From NCBI GenBank assembly GCA_950097015.1, contig CATNEN010000011.1:1612001-1676000 (forward strand): a DNA stretch of 64,000 nt, given 5' to 3'. A model generated the notes under the pieces. It did no database searches. It saw only the letters and a list, made by a program, of their open reading frames with translations, and had not been told where the DNA came from. This stretch comes from Macrostomum hystrix (Eukaryota; Animalia; Platyhelminthes). The position numbers and the translations under genes are program-made. Within the stretch, counting starts at the first letter, position 1. Each line of letters opens with the position of its first letter. This document shows, piece after piece, positions 24,801 to 34,500 of the stretch.

Positions 24801-26929
24801 CTTAATCCACGTTCTGGTAGGAGGTGTTTCGAAGAATTGTTCGTGAATTTCCTGTCGACAAATGTGAATTCCTGAAACCGGGTCATTGCAGACCATAGCA
24901 GGCAAAAATGGATAGGTAGAATACTTGGCGCTGATGATATCTCCGCACTCTAGTGTTCTGCACATACGTTCGTGTTGTTGACGGCTTCTGTAAAAAGGCA
25001 TCTCAGCAGATTGCTTTTTTTCTACAGGTTCTGACAATCGATCGGTGGCGGTTGGGACGAAGATGAGTGCCATTTGCGCACAACCTGGTTTCCAGCATTG
25101 CTTTGGACTACTTTTTTTCTTTCCATCGTCCGAAGCATCGAGATCGACTTTCTTACGACTGGCAGGCCTGAAGCTCTTGGTTGCTGTGCAACTTGACGTC
25201 GGTGCATCAACACTGTCTTGACCATGCGTTAGAGCGGTATCGAATGTTGACTCCAGCGAAGACTTCGCGGCCAGCTTTTTCTCTGCAGGTTCTGACGAAT
25301 CGATCCGTGGCGGTTGGGACGAAGATGAGTGCCGCTTGCGCACAACCTGGTTTCCAGCATTGCTCTGGACTACTTTCTTTTTCTTTCTATCGTCCGAAGC
25401 ATCTTGGTTGACCTTACGACTGGCAGACCTCGAGTTTTTGGCGGCTGTGCAAATGGATGTCGGTGCATCAACACTGTCTTGACCATGCTGCGCTAGAGCG
25501 GTATCGAATGTTGACTCAAGCGCAGACTTCGCGGCTCGGGCATAAGCAGCCGTGTTCGCCATGTAAGACTTGAGCGCAACAGCCCTTGTGTGATTCATTC
25601 CATAGTTTACAAGATGTTGCTTCTCGGCGTCGTTTAATTCACTGTTTTTAGTCTCCAAAAATGGCGGATACTGTTTGCGTTCAAGCGCTTAATATTTTCG
25701 AATGCTGGATACTTTGATCTCCTTAGTCGAATAAGTGTCGAGAATGAATGGTCTCTTGCGTCGAAGAAAAAAAGATAATCATCAGGTTTTGCACCAGAAT
25801 TCAGTGGATGCTCACCATAGGCAATAAGCAAGTCCTTGAATTCTTCGACAGTGATAAAAACGGGGCCTGCCAATCCGGTTTTATGTTTAAAAACTTTGAA
25901 TAGCGCTCGTTCTTCACGGCTCTCTTCTTCCTTCCAACTAGTGAATTCTTTCACTTCAGCGTTTGAAACAACATCGGCCCGGTTAAAGTTGCTACGAGAA
26001 CACATAAAATTGAGTCCTAGATAGAGAACTGCTTCCTCAGATTGAATATTGGCCTCAGCTGGAGACTTCAGTGCTTGTATGCAATCAAGAATACCACGAA
26101 TTTCTTCAACGGTGAGTAGTTCCTCGTCCAGTTTCAATCTGCGCAAAGTTTCGGCGCGTTTCTTATCCTGCAAACGAGACTTTCCGTAGCACACACAAGT
26201 CGCCACAAGCAGGTCTAGCTCTGAAGTCATGTCGCTACGTTCAATGAGCTTTTTAAATCTGGATCGTAAGTAAGTGCCTAAGCGCACAAGAGCAGTGATA
26301 TAAGGCTTACAAGCGTCAGAGAAGGAATCGCTCTTCTCAGTTAAGAAGGATGAAATAGCTCTCCCTGCATATAATACTCAATAGTAGTCCCCATTGCCAG
26401 AATTCTAATTTCCTACTTCTCAAAACATTTTGATACTGCGTCATTTTTGTGACGCAAAAAATGACGCAGTTACGGATATTGCTATTTATGACGCAGATTT
26501 TCGCTGTGACGACGTCAGGTTTCACCAGCTGCGTCATATGCCTACCATTAGGGTGGGTGTTAATTTCAGTTTTGGAGGTTCCAATGACAATTCCTTCCTT
26601 TCTTACAGGGCACGTCCAAACCGTCGCTCTACCACGTCCTGTGGGACGACAACAGGTGGAGCTCGGATGACCTTCAAATGTTCACCTACTATCTGTGCCA
26701 CGTGTACATGCGTTGCACCCGCTCGGTGAGCATCCCCGCGCCTGTGTACTATGCCCACCTGTGCGCCGACAGAGGCAGGACCTGGATGGGTGAGGACACC
26801 GGCTCGGAGACTGCCAGCGTCAGCTCCAGACAGTCGGCATCCACCGCCGCCAGAGCAGCGGATCCTGTTAGACTGGAAGAGATTCGTACAAGCTATCCAG
26901 AGAACAGCGAGAGCATGTTCTTCTTGTGA
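9825..26929 (+). CDS. AGO: Argonaute (AGO subfamily, divergent, slicer-competent), 1129 aa; exons 9825-10798, 11238-11658, 14428-15105, 16092-16682, 16929-17333, 26609-26929
   Basis: Exon lengths sum to 3390 nt in one frame with GT-AG junctions. N domain LLVNHF; [25 protein letters not shown]...LLPVELC; MID YRTVK...SQAVLSKNV; [58 protein letters not shown]. The upstream in-frame ATG at 9804 is an alternative start. Confidence 0.95.
10895..11094 (+). mobile_element. tRNA-derived SINE family A copy with MIR/CORE-like central domain, in Argonaute intron 1
   Basis: Degenerate A/B boxes, then GTGTCCTTTAGCAAGACACTTAAC...CCCAGCTGTTAAATGGGTACC, which resembles the CORE-SINE domain, then CCAGTCCATGGACTGAA. 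Confidence 0.75.
11712..12530. repeat. 22/23-bp minisatellite (CAGGTCAGTCCATCTCGATCCT/CC)n
   Basis: Tandem units begin ~55 nt after the Argonaute exon 2 donor. They explain ORFs 11642..12409 and 11685..12551. Confidence 0.95.
12789..13035. mobile_element. hAT-superfamily MITE (247 bp) nested in the Helitron
   Basis: TIRs CAGTGGCAGATCCAG and CTAAATCTGCCTCTG. Perfect 8-bp TSD TATACAGT at 12781-12788 and 13036-13043. Confidence 0.9.
13188..13690 (-). pseudogene. C-terminal fragment of Helitron RepHel PIF1-like helicase
   Basis: [44 protein letters not shown], then an in-frame TAG, then [32 protein letters not shown]...[13 protein letters not shown]. Confidence 0.92.
15765..16030. repeat. 30-bp minisatellite (GGGTCAGCATGGTRTTRGGGTWGTCAGRGT)n, ~9 copies
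   Basis: Tandem units in Argonaute intron 3, ending ~60 nt before the exon 4 acceptor. Confidence 0.93.
16732..16885. repeat. 34-bp minisatellite (CTAGATCTACTGGGGTAATGGCCCTCCTAAACTC)n, ~4.5 copies
   Basis: Fills most of the 246-nt Argonaute intron 4. Confidence 0.9.
17375..17443 (+). other. Degenerate tRNA-like sequence (SINE head or tRNA pseudogene) ending in CCA
   Basis: TGTCAA...GGTTCGAATCC TTGACA CCA gives an acceptor-stem-like pairing and a B-box. The D and anticodon arms do not fold convincingly. Confidence 0.5.
17557..17587. repeat. Short interstitial telomere-type repeat (CCCTAA)~5, one variant unit
   Basis: CTAACCCTAAGCCTAACCCTAACCCTAACC. Confidence 0.8.
17603..19574 (-). mobile_element. 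5'-truncated RTE-group non-LTR retrotransposon
   Basis: 13-bp TSD TTGGCCTCAGCAT (17590-17602 and 19575-19587) and a (TTA)n 3' tail. One reading frame runs 19574-17632 with RT motifs ([55 protein letters not shown]), broken by two in-frame stops at 19141-19143 and 18883-18885. The endonuclease is absent. Confidence 0.93.
20544..20996 (+). pseudogene. Truncated, frameshifted gag of the LTR element
   Basis: [14 protein letters not shown]...[18 protein letters not shown]...[12 protein letters not shown] frameshift near a GAGATCAACAAG duplication (~20900) is followed by ...[13 protein letters not shown], which abuts the RT sequence. Confidence 0.75.
21027..23318 (+). CDS. pol: Gypsy pol remnant: C-terminal half of RT, RNase H, integrase (763-aa open frame)
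   Basis: [62 protein letters not shown]; integrase zinc-binding H/C residues (LHLGHFG...CRGCHSC) and catalytic core (HLDH, VTDNA, NGAAER). Confidence 0.93.
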   Translation: MEMVAGDLPGVVFYLDDYLVGGATADGHLANLRRLFQRLFDKGLRCRREKCKFAMPSIEYLGYVLSKEGIAKGTKVDAVREMPPPKDVSSLRSFLGSVQFYAKFLPPSMATISEPLYRLTRRDTPWTWKDAEQRACDQIKEELSSDNVLVHYNANLPLGLSCDASNVGIGAVLFHRYPDGSERPIANASKSLTDAQRRYPQIQKEALSIIFGLKKFFQYLFNRKFILVTDHKPLISLFGPEKETPVMAANRLARWANLLHNFTYEVEYRQTKSHGNADALSRLPMGDDPDFDGEESAADFDMVCAIKVLSLQIQPADASAMAKESSRDPVISTVMRYCREGWPPDRRDEDAEVARLRKVKDSLSCGNGCLLHGCRLVIPRSLRKEVLKILHLGHFGMQRMKQLARSAVYWPNIDDDVEHLCRGCHSCAEHQNHPPKAAVHPWMMPEKPWSRLHLDHAVNFLGTNWLVLTDAYSKYPCIHPTQSMSTWATIELLEEDFAHFGYPHAIVTDNAAAFMAEEFQAWCREHGIAHLTGAPYHPATNGAAERLVQTFKKALKKSSLPPARALQQFLMQYRRTPAVNGYSPSELLNGRQIRTQFYTLLPSPAHLAQDRQVKQAEESRARKKVSRVREGYNVGDPVYARYYGPRREKEGRWVPAVVTKRDGSRSVNVKVVPSGPVWRRHFDQLQPRHVSTEDSEPGSLPTQHNETAGHLMLPATPAVAHPGSRPRPPGWRAPDQVQHPPPYGPDNPRRSARQRKPRLQMDL
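23742..24095. repeat. 47-bp tandem repeat containing the palindrome TGACGCGTCA, ~8 copies (2 more at ~24400-24470)
   Basis: GTGACGCGTCAGATTTGCTACCATCCTTTTCAATCAGCTACTACCTT units, embedded in a ~350-bp segment duplicated at 20062-24250 (interrupted by the LTR element) and 24286-24632. Confidence 0.9.
24669..25658 (-). pseudogene. C-terminus of a tyrosine recombinase + duplicated linker + PWWP-like domain
   Basis: The N-terminal [12 protein letters not shown] matches the YR box II H...Y pattern. The C-terminal [23 protein letters not shown]...[15 protein letters not shown]...AFNQAYEA matches NSD/MSH6-type PWWP domains by eye. Confidence 0.7.
25634..26380 (-). pseudogene. Tyrosine recombinase catalytic core (phage-integrase fold), 5'-truncated
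   Basis: [16 protein letters not shown] (catalytic R), [12 protein letters not shown] (K), YLFF, NANSIRH (HxxR box with N in place of H). A 1-nt frameshift at ~25655 separates it from the MNH...Y box. The open frame extends upstream only to a TGA near 26380. Confidence 0.72.
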
Positions 26930-27124
26930 TGTGTTGTTTTCATTCTACCAGTTAAGAATTTGCTGCTCTGTGACAGCTTAAACTCGTTAGTTCATCCCTT
27001 TGAATGACATTTAAAATGACTGGACAGAGTGCAAAGACCATTAAATGGCGGTCTAATAGCCAAATGAGTATTTGTATTAGACATCACTAAGCTGTTCGTT
27101 TAAGATTTTTACATAGTCGCTTGT

Positions 27125-27380
27125 GGAGGTTCCAGCATTGTGGTTAGAGCGTCGGACTTGAAGGTCGGTGGTTCGATTCCCGACTCCACTGGGACAATTT
27201 GTGCACATTAGCAAGACATTTAACTCTGCATTGCTTCAGTTCGCCCAGCTGTTAAATCGGTACCAGCATTAGCTGGGATAATTGAAGGTAGGTGTGGTGT
27301 CCCCCAGTCCATGGACTGAAAACTTCATATGCGCCGCACGATAGCTGCGGCTGTGCTGTCAGCTGCACAGCTGATTAAAT
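27125..27380 (+). mobile_element. tRNA-derived SINE family A, near full length
   Basis: A-box TGTGGTTAGAGC, B-box GGTTCGATTCC, CORE-like domain, 3' GCGCCGCACGATAGCTGCGGCTGTGCTGTC. Confidence 0.8.
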
Positions 27381-27819
27381 TGGGCATGTTTATTAAATTA
27401 CAATTATTATATTATTAATTTCGCCTGTATTTTTTAACTAGATTTTTAATCCGTAGAACTTGTAGGACATAATAACCAATGTTGTCATGTTGAATAATGT
27501 TTATCCCGATGCTTACTGGTGCACACATCTTCACGCACCGCGAGCCTTTTTCGATACACATTTTATTCGCAGAAAGTATATATTATATCTAAAATATAAT
27601 GAACACCAACTATTTTTAACCACATATCAATAATTATTAATTAACGACTTTAACTTCAGCTTAGTTTTTCTAACTAAATGTGATCTGCGTACTTATTAAG
27701 TACTTCTCTGTGGGTAATCAAAATAGCAAATAAAGAGAAAGATTATTTTATGTAAATCAGGTGTCGGTAAGTTATTTTTCTCACTCTGCAACAGTAAGAC
27801 TACCCGTTTTTATATCATG

Positions 27820-28300
27820 TCAGGGTCCCCTGAAATGTTTTTGGCAGCGCCCGAATGCTAACAGTATTGAATGGTGTCTGATTGGTTGACAGACTAGGCG
27901 AGGGTGTCCTGTGGTTGAGCTGCGCCTAATATTTTGACTTGATCAGTAAATTGGAGAAATTCGCGTCAGGGTGTCCATCAAATCCGTCTAGATAAAGGTA
28001 GGAGTGACAACCGAAAATGGAAATGATGCAGGCACATTCGGGTGACATGCTGATCAATTTTGAATGCCTGGCAAGGCCGCACTGAGGCACAGTGCTAATT
28101 CGTGTACAGGGGTGTATGAAATACACTAGCGCTTATTGGAAAAATCTGACCTTCGGCCTGGGCCATTGAATATCTCGACGAGGCCGATGTTTTGTGATTC
28201 TGGAAGTCGTTACATCGGATAGAGTGGAAAATCGTAGTCAGTGTTCTTGATTTTATGTCGATAACACGAGTACAGAACGAAGGAAATGTAGGTATTTGAA
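27820..28300 (-). mobile_element. Diverged relative of the long-TIR element at 63125-63781
   Basis: About 200 bp (27960-28190) is clearly homologous, in reverse orientation, to 63255-63460. Weak TIR-like similarity is present at both ends. Confidence 0.55.
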
Positions 28301-28796
28301 ATACCTCTGGTCCATTTACTGTTGAACAGCATCGTCTCTAGCTCCTATACACGTAGCAACTTTTTTGTAGTTCGTTACAAAAATTCTAATAAAAACTAAG
28401 CAATTCGAGCGAATAAATAAGCGAGTATAGCATACTGTTAGCTACACTTGGTGTAGCTACTACACTTGGTAATTTCTACCAGTTCTATATATAAGTTCTT
28501 TTATTCGAGTTAAGTGTCTAGATTGTCTCTATAATGAGATGAAATGTTACAGCTTCTATTGTATGTGTTGCTAATTTGATACTACGAGTATGTAGACTTC
28601 GAAGCTGTCGAAGGCTGTGTTTTGTTAGGCAAAGCCCCGATTCTTTTAAAGCATGAGAATTCTACTTGGCTGTCATATAAGAATTCTATTCTAATGTGTG
28701 TTCTGCCACTTTATGAGACTATTATTAATGAGCTATGTTATGCCATTGGAAACTTAATTAAGGTAGGGTACATTAAAGTAAGGTAGGGTAGTATTA

Positions 28797-30631
28797 AGAT
28801 GAGGTACGGGAGAGACTAGATAGAGGGAGATGAGGTACGGGAGAGACTAGATAGAGGGAGATGAGGTACGGGAGAGACTAGATAGAGGGAGATGAGGTAC
28901 GGGAGAGACTAGATAGAGGGAGATGAGGTACGGGGGAGGCTAGATAGAGGGGAGATGAGGTACGGGAGAGATTAGATAGAGGGTAGATGAGGTACCGGGG
29001 AGACTAGATAGAGGAGAGATGAGGTACGGGGGAGACTAGATAGAGAGATGAGGTACGGGGGAGACTAGATAGAGGGTAGATGAGGTACGGGGAAGACTAG
29101 ATAGAAGGAGATGAGGTACGGAGGAGACTAGATAGAGGGGAGATGAGGTACGGAGGAGACTAGATAGAGGGGAGATGAGGTACGGGAGAGATTAGATAGA
29201 GAGATGAGACACGGGAGAGATTAGATAGAGAGATGAGACACGGGAGAGATTAGATAGAGAGATGAGACACGGGAGAGATTAGATAGAGAGATGAGACACG
29301 GGAGAGATTAGATAGAGAGATGAGACACGGGAGAGATTAGATAGAGAGATGAGACACGGGAGAGATTAGATAGAGAGATGAGACACAGAAGAGATTAGAT
29401 AGAGAGATGAGACACGGGAGAGATTAGATAGAGAGATGAGACACAGAAGAGATTAGATAGAGAGATGAGACACGGGAGAGATTAGATAGAGAGATGAGAC
29501 ACAGAAGAGATTAGATAGAGAGATGAGACACGGGAGAGATTAGATAGAGAGATGAGACACAGAAGAGATTAGATAGAGAGATGAGACACGGGAGAGATTA
29601 GATAGAGAGATGAGACACAGAAGAGATTAGATAGAGAGATGAGACACAGAAGAGATTAGATAGAGAGATGAGACACAGAAGAGATTAGATAGAGAGATGA
29701 GACACGGGAGAGATTAGATAGAGAGATGAGACACGGGAGAGATTAGATAGAGAGATGAGACACAGAAGAGATTAGATAGAGAGATGAGACACAGAAGAGA
29801 TTAGATAGAGAGATGAGACACGGGAGAGATTAGATAGAGAGATGAGACACGGGAGAGATTAGATAGAGAGATGAGACACGGGAGAGATTAGATAGAGAGA
29901 TGAGACACAGAAGAGATTAGATAGAGAGATGAGACACAGAAGAGATTAGATAGAGAGATGAGACACAGAAGAGATTAGATAGAGAGATGAGACACAGAAG
30001 AGATTAGATAGAGAGATGAGACACGGGAGAGATTAGATAGAGAGATGAGACACAGAAGAGATTAGATAGAGAGATGAGACACGGGAGAGATTAGATAGAG
30101 AGATGAGACACAGAAGAGATTAGATAGAGAGATGAGACACAGAAGAGATTAGATAGAGAGATGAGACACAGAAGAGATTAGATAGAGAGATGAGACACAG
30201 AAGAGATTAGATAGAGAGATGAGACACAGAAGAGATTAGATAGAGAGATGAGACACGGGAGAGATTAGATAGAGAGATGAGACACAGAAGAGATTAGATA
30301 GAGAGATGAGACACAGAAGAGATTAGATAGAGAGATGAGACACGGGAGAGATTAGATAGAGAGATGAGACACAGAAGAGATTAGATAGAGAGATGAGACA
30401 CGGGAGAGATTAGATAGAGAGATGAGACACAGAAGAGATTAGATAGAGAGATGAGACACAGAAGAGATTAGATAGAGAGATGAGACACAGAAGAGATTAG
30501 ATAGAGAGATGAGACACAGAAGAGGTTAGATAGAGAGATGAGACACAGAAGAGATTAGATAGAGAGATGAGACACGGGAGAGATTAGATAGAGAGATGAG
30601 ACACGGGAGAGATTAGATAGAGAGATGAGAC
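28797..30631. repeat. Purine-rich minisatellite: ~30-bp units grading into 29-bp (GAGATTAGATAGAGAGATGAGACACGGGA/AGAA)n, ~60 copies
   Basis: Tandem array read directly, located between Argonaute and BicC. Confidence 0.96.
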
Positions 30632-31525
30632 TGCTTGTTTGTAGCATTTATTGATTGTATTGCACTGCACTCTGGACCACCGCCGCACACTCGTTCATTA
30701 TAAGAGGGCTGGAAAAAGGAAAACTGAAAAGTCAATGCGAAAAAAATCTATAAATAAAACAAATTGTTTAGCGCTGCGCCATTTCCGCTCAGACGGAACC
30801 CCTCCCCATCCTCCGCCCCCGGCTGGCCTAGATTCCCAGGGTTGAAATCTCAGCCCTTAGGGGAATTCATTTGGAAGTACATTGAGTACACAGCCTTTGA
30901 AAGACAACTGGCTGTACATCTGGGCTAATATAACTTGTGGATTTGAAATCAGAAATATTTTGTGACCAGAACCCGGACACCAGAAATAAAACTAAAAATC
31001 TTTGCCAGTCTGTCTTTTTTCGCTTTAAAATCATATATCATTCAGTTAGACAGTATTTTTACGAAATTAATAAGTCTCTAGCTTGTTAGCCAATTGGCAT
31101 TTATATTTTTAATAAAGTGCGCTTGTTCTGAAAAGTAATTCTTCAACAACACGACGCTCATCTCTAAACTTCATCATCTTGTCTCCCTCTCACTCTCTTA
31201 CTCACTAACAGTTCGCCTTTATTAAATTTTCGCTCACAACTATAATAAAGTGTATTCTAACCCAACACAGCCACAGCCAATAAGACAAAACTACAATTAT
31301 ACACTGCCTGCTGTGGGCCTGTGGCGGAGCAATTGTCTGCAGTGCTAGAGAGACGGAGTGGGAGGCGGGGTTGAGCAGCAAATCTTCATACTGGCCAGCC
31401 ACCCCAACCTCCATCTGGGCCCCCCAAACACTACTAAAAATGAGACAGACTTTTCCTGTCACATCGAGACTTGTAGGAAAAAACTCTACGCAGAACGGAG
31501 TGTTTTAACAGAAAAAACTGCGCGA

Positions 31526-34500
31526 ATGTCGACAACAACTGACGAAACGTCTTCGTCGTCGAGCGGCTCGTCAAGTTCAGCTGGATCTTGCAGCTCCTCC
31601 GACCTGATCGAGGAACGATTTCGCGTCGATCGACGAAAACTAGAGAGTCTCCTAACTAGCCAGTCTGTTGTGCCATCCGATTCTAGCGGTCAACAGCAGC
31701 AGCAGCCATTGTGCCGCTGTCCACTAGAACAGTTCTTCGCCGAGATTGAACAGAAAACTGGAGCGAACATCGCCTGGCCGTCAAAGCTAAAAATTGGCGC
31801 CAAATCTAAACGAGATCCTCAGGTTCGTGTGCTCTGACTCCCCTGATTTGGTTGTAGTACCATGTATATACTGATCCCTGGTCTCTGCCGTTTAGTTAAA
31901 AAATGTTTTCTTCTGCAGCTAGTGCAACAATGAGAGTACATTTCGACCACTGCTTTTAGAAAGTTTTCTTGTGACTTTGCCAACACTCCTCCGTGTAAAG
32001 GTCGGGGGTTCGATTCCCGACTTCACTGGAACAATTTGTGCCCATTGAAGGTGAGTGTGGCGTCCCCCCACCAGTCCATGGACTGAAAAGTTGTACGCAG
32101 CCTTCAGATGCGCCGCGCAATAGCTGCTGTCTGCTGCACATCTAACCCAGGTATAATGAGTTAATGAATGTGGCCTAGTCGCTGAATCGAGCTCAGGAAC
32201 CTCGGTTTGATAGGCAAGCCTTTGCTTTACTGAATAGTGGGGCAAAACCTTGCTTGTTCTACGTCAGAAATTCAAAGAACTACATTTGCATAAAATGATA
32301 TTTAATGGTATTTCTTTTTGCAATCCTAGCTATAACTCATAGGAGTTAAAAATTAGACATGTAAAAAATAAACAATCACTTTTAGTGGACGCAACAGCAA
32401 CGCCTACGCCGTACGTTTTAAATTTTTTATGAAAAGGGGAATTCTGCCAAGCAATTCCGGAAATTTCTAGTCGCGCAGAATTTATTAGCTACTAGATTGG
32501 ATTAGGCTAAGGCAAGCTTCCAATGCCGATTATCATTCCCCCCAGCGATACAAAATCATCTGCATTTATAAGGCCCGACCGCAGTATAAATAATATGAGA
32601 ATAACCAGTTTATTGTTATAAAAGATGAGACTGAGATTATTAAAAACATTTTCTAATTTTTTTCTAGCGTTTATTTTTACTACGTTACATTTATTCTATG
32701 AAATCGTTTTAAATTTCCGAGACAATTTTTTATTCATGTACTTTTTATCCTGGAAAAAACAGCAACGAAATAATTATAATTCTAATGGTATACTTATGAT
32801 TCGTTACTAATATTCGAATCGGTACCTTTAGTATATTTATAACGTTTTTTGCACTAGCATATTTGCGTATCGACACTTTTATTGGGTTCCTTACCTTTTT
32901 TTACAGTCGTTATTTTTTACTGTAGTTACTTTTGTCATACTCGTCACTTCAGTTACTTTTATTATATTCGTTAAATTCGATTTCGTAATATTCATTTCTG
33001 TCATCTATGCCAGTTTATTTATGTCAATTTTTATCACTATGAGGGGACAATGACCCGCCTATTTCGTTAATAGCAAATTACATCAATCTACAACGCAACT
33101 CCAAAAAAATTGCGCGCAGATAAAAATCTCAGGCACTGCGTCAGCCGTGCAGCTCGCCAAGGCCTTGGTGCTCAACCACTGCAGCCGGAAGTTTTCCAAA
33201 CTGACGCTTCGCATCGACGTGCCGCACAATGAGCACGGCCAGCTGATTGGACGCCACGGCGCACTGCAAAAGGAGATCAAGGCGCGGACCGGGACTGACA
33301 TCCACTTTCCGGATTCCAACAAGTCGGCGACGTCGGCTAGCGACGCGAATGCTGCCGCCAAGAGCAACCAGGTCTCCTTGAACGGCCTGGCCGGACCTCA
33401 GCCCACTGGCATGGAGGAGGCCAGGCGGATGATCAGATCCAAGCAGCCGCTGACTATGCTCATTCAGCTGCCAGCACCGGTCCCGGATCCGCCTAGTCAC
33501 GAGTTTGTCAGACAAATCTGCGAGGCCTGCAGAGTCTGCGTCACCAAGCAGCAGCAGCAGCAGCAGCCCTCGAACGGCTATCAACAGGTGGGACTGAGGG
33601 CACAGACGCACTGATTGGTAACAGCGGAACCCCGGTGTGCCATATTTCATCGACTTTCTCATCTTCAGGCAGGGTACACTCTCAGTTGGCCATCATGAGC
33701 GTAAACTGCGAGTAAAAGACCACGAGGGTATTCCAGATACCTCTATTTTCTTTGTTCTGTATCGCCTAAAATATTTGACCAATCGGCAAAAAAATTATAA
33801 AACACGGGCTTAAATTTTCCTCTCTATGCGATAAAACTACTTCCGGAATCACTTGTCAATAACGGTCTTCGACAAAAATCGCAGATCATCTCGACGATGC
33901 TGACGTCGGACAGCTTTGAAAGTTAGTTCGGCGTAAAGGGAGAAAAATGTAGATTTGGATGGTTGACTTTCACGAAAATCGGTGATTCGGTTTGGGAGCT
34001 ATCGTGTTTTAAATGCCCGGGGTTTTAAATTTCCCAGTGCTAAAAGTATTCTATAGTCTGTCTACTGTTAAGCCTTTTCTTCGCGACTTCGCGCCCAAAA
34101 ATAAATTCCCGAAAAAAAATCGTTCGTAAACAGCTTCTATTTTTTCCAGAGCGCCAGCAGCGGCGGCGGTTGGGCCGTCCGGGGACTCGCCGAGAACGCC
34201 GTGGGCATCGCTGTTGCAGTCGAGCGTCTGTCGATCTACGCGGCTCATCTGCTTCGCCTGGCTGGCTCACCGCAGCAGCAGCCTTTCCTAGTGACTCACC
34301 GCTTGGACTTTGAGCGTCGTCACGCCGCTGCGGTGCGAGAGCAGCTTCAACTCGAGCTGCTGCAGATCACCTCAACCGGAGAGTCGAACTTCTTCAAAGC
34401 GACGCTCAAGCAGTTCGGCGTCCAACAGTTCGACCTGACGGAGTCTGGCGCTGTCATGTCCGAAGCCGGGGGCTGTCGAGCGCTGCTCCGACTTCGAAGC

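Larger units (their letters stand above)
17445..26550 (-). mobile_element. Putative Crypton-like tyrosine-recombinase element (~3.6 kb of own sequence) with nested LINE and LTR insertions
   Basis: Contains a YR-PWWP coding region. ACCATTCAGGGT (17439-17450) and ACCATTAGGGT (26544-26554) flank it as imperfect direct repeats, and GACGC/GCGTC motifs cluster at both ends. The boundaries are inferred. Confidence 0.45.
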
